The notes below the pieces were generated by a model. It worked only from the letters and a program-made list of their open reading frames with translations, did no database searches and was not told where the DNA came from. Source: Epiperipatus broadwayi (Eukaryota; Animalia; Onychophora). Taken from it: a stretch of DNA of 64,000 nt. This document shows positions 13,087 to 24,555 of this stretch, one piece after another. The translations under genes were made by a program, and so were the position numbers. Numbering within the stretch: position 1 is the first letter of the stretch; every line of letters begins with the position of its first letter. Location of the stretch: contig JAQFVV010000010.1 of the NCBI GenBank assembly GCA_028023455.1, positions 12,772,001 through 12,836,000 of the forward strand, read 5' to 3'.

Positions 13087-15789
13087 TAATATTAAATATT
13101 GATTGATAAAATTAAAAATTATATTTTTCTATTAACATGGAAGTTTTTTGTAATATATTGTAATAATAAATACCACAGTAGTAGGGTTTGAATCCAGAAC
13201 CAATGATACATAATATATATATATTGTGAGAGTACCATATGAGCCTTACCTAAAACAATTTGTATTTCTTTGTGAATTTAACTGTGCCTATATCGAATCA
13301 ACAGATATAAATAACATACACTTATCTTAAGCTTTTCATATATCAGCTATATGCATAAACTAGTTAGTATTAAAAGAATAATTCTAAAAATGAATAATTC
13401 TAATTTATTTATACACACACATAAATAAATGTTTCTAACTAATAGTATTTTTTTTATTAACCAAAACTAAAGCCATAAGTCATCATTGCATTTTATTAGT
13501 TGAAACAAAGAAAATAAATGTTAAGAGTTCATTACAAATTGTATATTTTAAACAATAGAGAGCGTGAGCATGATTATGTGATATGCTTGCTGAAATTAAT
13601 CCAGTATAAAAACGAACTAATATTGTTATAACAATAATCTTCTATTTAGTTATCAAGGCAATAACTACGTCTGCAAATTTAGATGTGTTCGAATTTAGAA
13701 CACATTTAAGAAAAAAAGAAGATTCACTATTTAAAAACTGTCTTCAAGTAATTAATTTACTTACTTTTAATATTATAAAGAACTATAAAAAAATAATCAT
13801 TGAAATTGACAAGGTTATAAGATTTATCAACGTCTTCGAAATGAGTTTTCAAAATATATGTCTAAGAAGACAAAAATTTATGAAGATGTTCTTTGGCTAG
13901 ACAATTTATGCCAAGGATTTCTGCTGATGTTTTAAACCTGAACATGTAAATTTATTCCTACTTAATGCCTAAAGTATAATCATCATAATTTCCACTAAAA
14001 AAGTTATAATGGAGTATTATATTGAAGAAGATTTTAAATATTTTACTATGCAAATATTTAAAAGAATGAATATTAGGATTAACTCTTCGAAGGATGATCA
14101 AGGAACTTTACCTTTCAACATTCATCATCATTTTATTTTATCTAAGGAGGAATATGAAACCATTATTCTTTCGCATCTTGGAATACTTCGTTGTGCACTT
14201 TAATAACTCTTAAAGTTTATTTCCTTTGGGGATAATTATATTTACGTGGAAAATTTACTTCGTATATTAAATTGGAGCACTGATAAGATGAACGTTTTAT
14301 TTTTATTTATTTAATAAAATTTAGATGTTGATATTTTGATATATGCTCTGGTGAAAATGACAGCTGACTAAGGTAAAAGTTTTTAAATTATTTCAATTTG
14401 GAAGTAAGTTTTATTATATTCGAAATTGAATCTTACCTGACAATTATCATAATTTCTATTTAAACCTACATAATTAATATTAGAATACATTCTATTATTA
14501 ATCTAGTGTGAATGGATGTTATCTTATATAGACATATAACACACACTGAATCATTTTAATGACACAACACGTAGATTTATAATGTATGGTGGTATTATTT
14601 ATTGTACACATGATTTTAAATTATATATATGTAAATAATTACATTGTTTTTTCTGAATGTTAAATAGTTTATTATTGTATATATAAGCACAGATTATAAT
14701 TCTAAATTTTAATATTTTTATTATTTATGTGATAATATTTTTGTTTCTATTATGGATTAAAATGTGTTAAACTTGATTTTAAAATTAAACAGGTCTCGTT
14801 TGTTTATTTTATTTAGTCATTTTATAAAACCAATAATTATAAATATACATACTCATGCATATATATGATGAATCAACTTAGTGATTTAATATTTATAAAA
14901 AAGTTATATATAGCTTATACTAAATTTATCATTACTATGGGATATTTGTGGAAATGCCTGAAGAGAGTCAATTGCGATTTCTACTCTGAGCTCGAATTCC
15001 GAGAGTAACGAGGTTATTAATAGAGGAGTGAATTGGATTATATTTTAAATTACATCATCCATGGCATTCTATAGGAAGACTCAAAGTCCGACTATAGGTA
15101 GATGCGATTTCCTCGAGTCCTGAAAAGGATCGTCCCGTTATAATATATATATATATAAGCTATTAAATGATCATTATGCATATATATTGTAAATCTTCCA
15201 GATATATACATAAATATCAATAAGAAATTGAACAGAATTCAAATAGTGAAAACAAAGTTTTCATAATAATACCAACCAATATTATGATAATGACTGGGAT
15301 TTATAATCACAAGTGCTCCTAAAAATGTTTTATTTGTTTTAGGTTTCAATCAAAAAAGAAACTCCAGGCACCAAACCTCCTCAACAGAGAAAGTTTAATG
15401 AGTATACTAATGAATTTAATGATCATCATCACTGCTAATTATTGTGACACCCCAGTATATTTCCTCAGTAATTTACATATTATCCCAGAGTTGTGGACGA
15501 TTTATAAATTAGCATGTGTGTTGAATTTACAATGCTTGAATGAAGTTATAAAACCAGCAAACGAGTTAACAAAACAATAATTTAACAATTTATTAACAAC
15601 ACAAAAACATATGTAAGTTTGTTATAGATATATACTAGTGATTCAAAATATAGATGTAAAAATCAAACACATCGCAATAATTAATGTCTTATCAATTTTA
15701 TGTATAAAGCCTTTTTGAATATTATAATGTGAATATATTATTGATCAAAATAGTTAAAATCAAAAGTATAAGTATTTGGGTATTGTTTT

Positions 15790-16330
15790 TTCTTTTTCTG
15801 TAATTATGGTTATCTTCATAAATTCACTTGATGCGTAGATTTCTTCTTCTCATCCTGGAAACTTGAATTGTAGTTATAGCAGCATGCTGACATGTAGAAT
15901 ATCAATAAGTCTTTGGTAATTTATCAGCATAGTTCATTTTCTCTCTTTTACTGGTATCTTAGAGGCTGTAGCGATATATTTCCACAGACTTCGACATTAT
16001 TTACTGGATTGGACTGCATACATAGAATCTTCTAACTGATATGCTACTTGTTTTTGCCTAGCTTTGCATGTTAAATAATTCACTACTATAGGAAAACATT
16101 ATCATCGCTTCTGCTATAGGGATTGCAATTTTCATTAGCTGTAAAATCTCTTCTCCTGCACTGCTTATTTCAATATGGTTTTAATGTACAGCTTGCAAAC
16201 TGGACTCAAAATAGGATTCTAATGGAAATCAGCAATGAAACAAACTCCACATCAAAATGAGTGACTGCATAGTGAGTGAATTTTGAATGACCTCTTTTTA
16301 TACCTTTCTGGTCACTTTTCTATCCCGTCT
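15790..16330 (-). mobile_element. Highly decayed LINE ORF2 fragment (endonuclease-RT linker region)
   Basis: Minus-strand PY*NKQCRR and SLWKYI motifs resemble the PW(F/W)xxEC...FWxxI linker. Confidence 0.35.
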
Positions 16331-17581
16331 ACATCACTTGCCATCTCGAACCATAATATAGACCATTCGTATATGTTTTCGTCACTTTAATGTAGACCAT
16401 TCTAAAATCTCAGACCCCCAAATGAAAATATTTCATTGTTCTCTTCTAAAACATATTGGTGGAAAACAAGCTTGTATACAATATTACATTATTGTATAAC
16501 AAAAGAAATAGTTGTTTGTTTGTTTTTATCTATCCCTGTTTCAATGCAGGAAGATATAAAATTCTTCTCTAACTTTCGTTTTTTATTTCTAATTTCTCAA
16601 ATATTGTTAATTCATGATTTTTGATCTTAGATTTGAATTTATCATTCAATTTCCTACACGAATCGACAAGATTTTATTTATAAATTAATTCAGAACAGGT
16701 AAAATCAAAAAGATCTCAAAATTTCTTAAAATTTTAAACTACGTATTTTAAACTTAACTCGCTATTTTATTTTGCAATTTCATTCATTATTATTTATTAC
16801 AGAGTAAGTGGTCAATAACATTATGCATAAATTACCACAACATTTAAGATGATTAAAATGTATATTACTATTTTACTTTTAGTCTCATGGGCAATTTCTT
16901 TACAGTATGTGTGCATGCACACACACACGTTGTTCAAATCTTTATCAATTAATTCATTGCCTTTCACAGTATACGGTAAATATTTAGTAATATTAAAAAT
17001 ACATAAATCAGCTTTCTTTTATTTTATTTTTAACGTAGTTTACTCCAATGGCACACAATAAAGGCAGTTTGTACTGTTTTTATATATTTTTTCTTTTTAT
17101 TTATTTTTATGCCTTGTTTGAATTTAATTAATGTGAACTGCACTCAGGTTGTATAATATGTGTATGTTAATATATTTTATGTACGTTGGAAAGGAGTAAT
17201 ACGATGATGAAGTATTCACTACAATATTACTGAGAGAAAAGAATGCTATGTTGCTGAGTTGGAACAAGGTGATGAAGTTAATGGTTGATATCATTCATCA
17301 AAACAGATTAAAATAATTTATTGATGTTTTCTGACAATGTGATTACTAGAAAAATGTGTTGTGATGAAAAAGACAGAACCCAATTCAGATCTAGACTTAC
17401 AAAAAAATAAAAAATGGAATCATCACAAATGTTATGAAGAAATTGATTTTTTGTTATCAATATTCAGAACAGAGATATAAGAAAAATATTTGTAGGCAAT
17501 TGATTAATCAAAATAGACTTCAAAAATGTTGCTGAATTTATGTTTATGTATATATATTTCAACAAATTATCTTTCATAATT

Positions 17582-17676
17582 GCCAAGCATTGGTGGCCGA
17601 GTGGTCAGCATAGCTGCCTTCCAAAGCAGTTGTACCGGGTTCGCTTCCTGGCCGACGCTTTGACATATAAAAAAAA
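17582..17676 (+). mobile_element. tRNA-Gly(TCC)-derived mini-SINE / retroposed tRNA pseudogene
   Basis: 17587-17659 folds as tRNA-Gly(TCC) (GCATTGG...GCTGC-CTTCCAAA-GCAGT...CCGGGTTCGCTTCCTGG-CCGACGC), followed by a TTGACATAT trailer and A-tail; 18-bp TSD AAATTATCTTTCATAATT (17564-17581, 17677-17694). Confidence 0.88.
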
Positions 17677-18159
17677 AAATTATCTTTCATAATTTTTCCT
17701 ATCAGCAGTACACAGTATTGTACTATTCATTTTAAAAACCCATTATATGTCATATTCATTGTCATTTTTTAATTATACTACATACACTATTGATGTTAGA
17801 TCATTGAATAGACACTTTGAAGAGCTGATAATAAATATTAAAAAATAAACATTATGTAAAGATCTATCATTCGGAAATAATAAAAACACTTTAGTTAGGA
17901 TTTGAATTTTCATCTGAAATATTTTATCAAATGGATGTCATCATCTTCTTCCCCATCTCAATTTAATATTTTTAACTAAACACTAATACAAGATGTTGTA
18001 TGATAGTTATTTAATTTGCTACAACTTAGATACTGTTTAAACAAATATAATCCATAAGACCAGATTCAATTTAATAATACTTTATTATTATATATTGTTT
18101 ACTTGTTTGGGTATTACATATATAAAAACTTCTAGCAGTTTATATTATATAATACATCA

Positions 18160-18711
18160 AAATTAATACTCCAACACTGGTCTATTAAGTAAATGAAATA
18201 CTCTCTATGCAAAATACAACATAAAACCTTTTTAGAGAAAATATCGATCTTACTTCAATTTATGTATAGAGACTAATTTTAACCACTTTGGAGAGAAAGC
18301 ATGAAGATTTTAAATTAGTCATAGTACTTTATTAAAACTATATTTAAAATACTTGACATTTATGAAATTTTTCAATTTAAGCTTGTGAATACCAAATCAA
18401 ATAACGAAATATGTAAATATAAACATCGCAGCAATTAATATTATATATTACATTGAAATCAGTACTCCATCCCTGATCTATTAAGTATATGAATTACTCT
18501 TAATCCAAAGCAATTTGAAATATAGCTTTAATAAAGTAATATGATTGATTTAAAATCTTTGTTTTTTTTCCAAAGTGCTCAAGATTAGCCTCTATATATA
18601 AATTGAGGTAAAGAAAAAGACTTCATATTTTTTCTCTAAAAAAGTTTTACCTTGTGCTTTGGATTGAGAATATTTCATTTATTTAATAGTCCAGTATTGG
18701 AGTATTAATTT
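18160..18711. repeat. MITE-like element with 46-bp imperfect terminal inverted repeats
   Basis: 18160-18205 is the reverse complement of 18666-18711 with four mismatches. Confidence 0.5.
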
Positions 18712-21492
18712 CAGTGTTTATATTGTTATATATTGAAACGCGATCGAAAGCTTAAACTTCCCTTTTATTTATATATAATGGAGAATTCTTATAATTCAAG
18801 ATCGTCCACTTTCTGCTACCGCAAGCAGAGAGAACATACGGACATAAATGAGTCTATATCCATACTTGACCGAACCTGTAACTATACGGGTATAGCCCCA
18901 GGTTATTTTTCCCGGTCAAATGTTCTCTCGACTGCTGTAAGATTTAACAGAGTTACAGCACTTGGATATTTATAAATTTTAATGGGATCAAAATACTGCA
19001 CCACTAGCTTCACGTGTTAATTCAGTACTCATAATGAGTAATAATTATTTTCCCAAACCCTAAGATTATATTATTTTTGGAGTGGCGAAGAACGAGACGA
19101 AACAAATTTAAATCAATAATAAATATATTTAATAGAATAAATTAACAATAAAAGAAATACTTTAAATCATTAACACTCAATAAAAAAAAAACAGATTATT
19201 TGCTATAATGCTACGATTAAAAATAAAATAAAAAGATCCTATAAATGATTGTACATTTATAAATCGTCATTCCTGATATATATAAAAAAGTTAAAGAATG
19301 TCTGTCTCATTCAAAGTAAGAATTTGGCCATTGTCTCAACAAAGGTATGTGCACAAGGAAATATAAAATGTAGTGTACATAGTTACCTAGGTTTTTAAGT
19401 CTCTGAATTAATTTGAAGTCTTGCTGACCGCCACGTGGAATTTCTCCACTTCTTTAGCAGGGACGGTCGCTCCTAAGTTAGATTTTGGTTGTGGGAACTC
19501 CTCCGTATTTTGGACATCAAGGACAAGGCAAAAACGAACCCTCTGGCAGGCGCTACGTCGGCAGTTGTTACATCGAGACGCGAACCATTAAAGCACGAGA
19601 GTCTGGATTGACCAGCGATCGCAACTGGCCCTTAGCCACACATCCTTGAAGCTTCCCTTATGTTGTAGTTTGTTTTCATGTTCATACAGTTTCAGTCTGC
19701 TATGTCGAGGTCCTTTGACTCAGCTTTCTGTTCTTTTTTTTCCAAATTTAACCTTTCATGTCTGCTTTCTATTATATTTTTCTGCTTCTTATCAGAGCAA
19801 TGTCCTCACTGAAGTCTCCACCAATACTGTTTTTTTTTAATTAATTAATTAATGTCCTTTATTTTTCAAATTCTTTCCTTATCTTGATCTCCTGCTTGGT
19901 TTTTCTTTCACACCTTTTTACTTTACAATGCTTTCAACAACTTTTACAAAATTACTTTTAATTTGATATAATTTTATAATATAATATTTTACATTTATTT
20001 ATCAATCACTTTCTTTAATAAAATTATTTCATTTTGACATGCAATAAACCTTGCTCTTTATTCATACATTCACATATGCATTTCATTTTCGTCAAAATGT
20101 GTAATTTTAAGAACAGATCTTTATCTTCCGTTGTATTCTAAATTTTACTTATATTTTATTAAACTCCCCAACTATCCCTTTTTTTTACTTCATTAAGTTT
20201 CTATTTTATTTATATTTCCTTTCTCATTTTTTTAATCTTACACTAAACACATGATATCGATATTTCTAACCTTAATATTTCTATTCTTTCTAAAATCTGA
20301 ATTTTGGAGGGTAAAAGATAAGAATCTTTTCGATTCTAATTCCCTCTCTTTTCTTAATTAAAACATTTCTTTGTTTATAATTTTTTTTAACCTCACTTTT
20401 TAGGATTCCAAACACAATATTTAATATTCTTTAAATGTTAAATATCTATATGTGTGATCGCAGTATGTGCGATCATCACAATATAGAGCTTGCAAAATAA
20501 CATTTGTAAATACAAGCTTTATTAAAATTAGGTCATGTGACATCTGACTTGATTTTTTTTATTATTTTAGTGTTTATATTATATACATATAGGTTTCTGG
20601 GAGATGAAATCTTTTCAATCCTCACTAAGAATTTAGAGGAACCAAGTAATGTAAATTTCTAATGTCCACTCCATATTTTCTTAAAGTAGAAACTTATTAT
20701 TCTGTGAAAGTTCACATGGGAAATAAATATGGATGGACTATTCATTAATATCTACAGAACAGCTTAATGAATTTATTGACTTTTATCTTTCAGTTTAGGA
20801 CCCAAATAATATGCTCTTTTTTCTTTTCACAAGTATTGATTTTATATGATATCTTATACTTTTTATATGTAGAATTAACTATTTTCATTTCTTAATTAAT
20901 TTCATGAGATTATATATATATATATACACACAATTCATAGATCTGTAATGTGCATTTACCTTTTAGATTTTTATAAGTTTATATTTCAGCATCCGGTGTG
21001 AAAATGCAGACCAATCTTCATAACAATTTATCTTTATTAGATAAACAGAGGCTTGAATATCCGATTTCCAGCCAGAAAAACAATTTGATCTTTATATTTA
21101 CTAGTTACAAAAGTTTGAATAAATTCATTCAATTGTATGCTTATATGTATCATGTTTAAACTTGTAATTGTGTTTTAATACATAAATATAACACTACTGT
21201 TCTGGTATGGAAATCAGGTATTCAAACTTCTGGCTTATCTGACAAGGATGAATTGTTATCTGAAATACATGTATAATGAATTAGATAAGTAATCTGAGTT
21301 TATATGCTATGTGATAGTTTATAATCTTGTATAAGTTTAAAAGGAAAATGCAAGGTGTGCTATAGGTTCATGAATCAGATTGATTACATATATATTCCTA
21401 AACATTAAAACTTATTACATTAGTCCTACAGATTTTGACAGGATTAAAATTTTATATAATATTTTATAATTGTTTAAATTTATATGATAGAA

Positions 21493-22952
21493 TTCATCAT
21501 TGTCATCAGCCATTATCAGTCCACTGCAGGATGAAGGTCTCTCCAAGTTTAGCCCATCTTCTCCAATCTTTAGTTTCTCTTTTTCACATCACTCCTGCAA
21601 ACGTTCTTATTTCATCCATCCATTTCACGTGTGATCTCTTTCTGGGTATTTTACAATCACTTAGAATCCAGTTTAAGATTTCAATTGTTCATCTATTATC
21701 ATCTCTTCTATCAATATGTCCAGCCCAACTCCACTTTAGTCTTTTAATTTTTTCAAAGAGATCAGTAACACCTATTTGTTTTCTTACCCATATATTGCAT
21801 TTTCAATCTCTTCTTGTTACTTCTGATATGCATCTCTCCATATTTCTTTGAGTGGACTGAAGTCTTTGTATTGTTCTTCTATTAGGTATCCAAGTCTCAG
21901 ATCCATAAGTAAGAACTGGCAAAACACATTTATTAAAAACCTTTTTCAAACACATAGGCATATTTCCTTTTAGTATCAAATTATTTCTACCAAAAGCACT
22001 CCAACCAAGTTTAATTCTATGATTAATTTTATCCATTATGTTTCTATCTGTAGTAATAATCTGACTAAGATATTTGTAGTTGTTAACTTCTTCTAACTCA
22101 TCATAATCAATCTTTATTTTCATCTTTTGAGAAAATCCATTGAACATTACTTTAGTCTTTTTAACATTTATCTTTAGTCTTACTTTTTTACTTTCATCTG
22201 ATAACTCCTGCAATATTTCCTGAAGCTATAAAGCATTATTTGCAAAAACAACTACATCTGCAAAATCTAAATAACTTAAACAATCTCCATTTACTTTTAC
22301 TTCTTTAGCTTCCCATTTTAATCCACAAAATACTTCTTGCAGCACTGCCGTAAAAAGTTCTGGAGATATGGAGTCACCCTGTCTTACTTACACCCTTCTC
22401 AATGTTGACTTTCCTAGTATCATTATGTAATCTAATTGTTGCTGTTGCATTTTTATAAATATTCTTCAGAATATGACAATATCCTGGGTCTATACCTTGA
22501 TGATCCAATGCTTTAATCACTGAAGATATGCTTATAGAATCAAATGCCTTTTCATAATCTAAAAATCCAAAGCATAATGGTAACTCATATTCATTGGTCC
22601 TTTCTATAACTTCTCTCAATACTTGGATATGATCTACTGTACTAAAACCATTTTTAAATCCAGCTTGTTCTCTTGGTTGGTGAAAATTCAATGTTCTCCA
22701 TAGACAAGTTCTAATTATCTTGATAAAAATTTTGTATAAAATTGATAAAAGACTGATAGGTCAATAATTTTTAATATCTTCTTTATCACCTTTTTTAAAT
22801 ATTAATACTGCATTCTTCTGATCACCTGGTATATCTTTATCTTTTAGACATTTGGTATATAACTTAGCTAAAAAAAAATCTATTTCTTCACCTGTTTCTT
22901 TTAATATATCAATTATAATTCCATCATTACCTGGAGCTTTTCCTTTCTTCAT
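21493..22952 (-). mobile_element. 5'-truncated RTE-clade LINE (RT domain and 3' end)
   Basis: KKGKAPGNDGI, QPREQAGF...STVDHI...LDYEKAFDS, YLDFADVV, FNKCVLPVLTYGSETW; 3' end CCTTCATCCTGCAGTGGAC followed by TGA-like repeats; frameshifted. Confidence 0.92.
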
Positions 22953-23152
22953 AAATTTAATATAAATTTAGTTATATTTCAGTATATATATATATAAATA
23001 TCACATGACCACCACTTCTTATGCTTGCTTATAACTGTTTTAAAACAGGCAAAGCTCACTATACGTATTGCCACACACAGCAAGCTAGAGTAATCAATGG
23101 ATGCCAGAAGTCTTGTGCATAAAATTCCCATCTAGTCCCTATTCATCCAACA

Positions 23153-23194
23153 TCCCCAGACTAGTTTCTGGCTTGTGGCCTTTGTCAGTGAGGA
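23153..23194 (-). ncRNA. Type I hammerhead, core mutated (CTGACAA)
   Basis: TCCTCA CTGACAA AGGC-CACAA-GCCA GAAA CTA GTC TGGGGA; G8 replaced by A. Confidence 0.75.
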
Positions 23195-23554
23195 GCCTTG
23201 GATCTGAGAGCACTGCACCTAGATCTTAGGATCTAATGCAACCCTCTAGCAGCCACTTTTTATCTCCATTTAACTACAAAACTATGAGTCTTAAATTGAA
23301 AACACCTTAATGTTTCCAATCCAAGCCCATCAGCTTATATAGTCATATGGGTCTGAACCAAAGACACCAAAATGTATGGGTACTGAACTGAGTTCAGACC
23401 ATATGACTATATAAGCTGATGGGCTTGGATTGGAAACATTAAAGTGTTTTCAGTTTAAGACTCATAGTTTTGTAGTTAAGTGGAGATAAAAGGTGGCTGC
23501 TGGAGGGTTGCATTAGATCCTAAGATCTAGGTGCAGTGCTCTCAGATCCAAGGC

Positions 23555-23596
23555 TCCTCACTGATGAAGGCCACAAGCTAGAAACTAGTCTGGGGA
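23555..23596 (+). ncRNA. Type I hammerhead, intact core with weakened stem II
   Basis: TCCTCA CTGATGA AGGC-CACAA-GCTA GAAA CTA GTC TGGGGA. Confidence 0.8.
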
Positions 23597-24480
23597 AGTT
23601 GGATGAGTAGGCACTAGATGGGGATTTTATGCACAAGCCTTCTGGCATCCATTGATTACTCTAGCTTGCTGTGTGTAGCAATATGTATAGTGAGTTTTGC
23701 CTGTTTTAATATATATATATAAGTTAATAGTCATCTTTCTTATCAAAATCGAAATAAAATAAACAATTATTGGTATTTATAGGCAATGATAGAATTACTG
23801 CCTGATAAATACTATTAATTGTTCTTTTTTTTTCCATTTTTGATGAGAAGGATGACTATTAACTTGTATATATACTGAAAATAACTTCCAAAAAGGTTAT
23901 ACTATTTTCAGTATGTGTTCATAATTAATGCTGCCTTTCAGCAAATTCATTTGATAACTGTCTATTAGATTTTCATAGTTATTTTAACTACAAACTTGCA
24001 CATACTTTGTGTCAATTCTATGCTTCGTTTAATTGATATTGATTGTGAATAAATTTTTTAAGTATAATTTATTTATAGTGAGTTTTTTTTTTTAATTTGG
24101 TGTTAATTTAAATTTAGTTTATTTATAAATAAATATATTTGTTTATATAGAGTACAATATTAAGTTCAGTTTACATATAATGTTTATAAAAATATTATAT
24201 ATTAGTATAACACAACAAACAATTGAATATAATTTTTATTGAATGTTTTTTTTTAAATAATCACATTGACAAATATTTAAAATCAAAATTTAATGGTTTT
24301 TAATCTGCCAATTACAATCTATCTATCAATTGTCAGAGGCATTATTTTTTTGGTCCTTCTGTAAAAATTTATAAGTAAAATTAAAAATGCATGAATATGT
24401 ACATGTCTATCATCATGTTAGTCATTTGGGTGGAATATTGGTCAGATAAAACTTTTTCAGGCTACTTTAAAGACTTACTT

Positions 24481-24555
24481 GTTAGAAATCTATTATGATA
24501 ATTTAAAGTTGTAATTATAAATTACAACTTTAAATTATCGTAATAGATTTCTAAC
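24481..24555. repeat. Near-perfect 36-bp-arm hairpin with 3-nt loop
   Basis: GTTAGAAATCTATTATGATAATTTAAAGTTGTAATT-ATA-AATTACAACTTTAAATTATCGTAATAGATTTCTAAC. Confidence 0.9.

Larger units (their letters stand above)
22998..23708. mobile_element. Fold-back hammerhead element, family B copy 1
   Basis: Inverted arms 23040-23358 / 23392-23709, 33-nt spacer, 42-nt extra tail 22998-23039, 14-bp TSD ATATATATATATAA (22984-22997, 23709-23722). Confidence 0.88.

Noticed and set aside
14947-15142. Possible solo LTR (TGTG...GTTATA)
   Set aside because: No matching TSD and no second copy in the window.
17587-17659. Functional tRNA-Gly with an 8-nt anticodon loop (frameshift suppressor)
   Set aside because: Acceptor-stem mismatch, T discriminator, A58C, A-tail and TSD mark a retroposed pseudogene; the second copy has a normal 7-nt loop.
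19370-20400. GC-richer segment with minus-strand IGGDF (AP-endonuclease-like)
   Set aside because: A single short motif with no coherent frame or element boundaries.
23040-23709. CRISPR array or prokaryotic terminator interpretation of the repeats and hairpins
   Set aside because: No repeat-spacer periodicity or cas genes; the context is a spliced eukaryotic gene.
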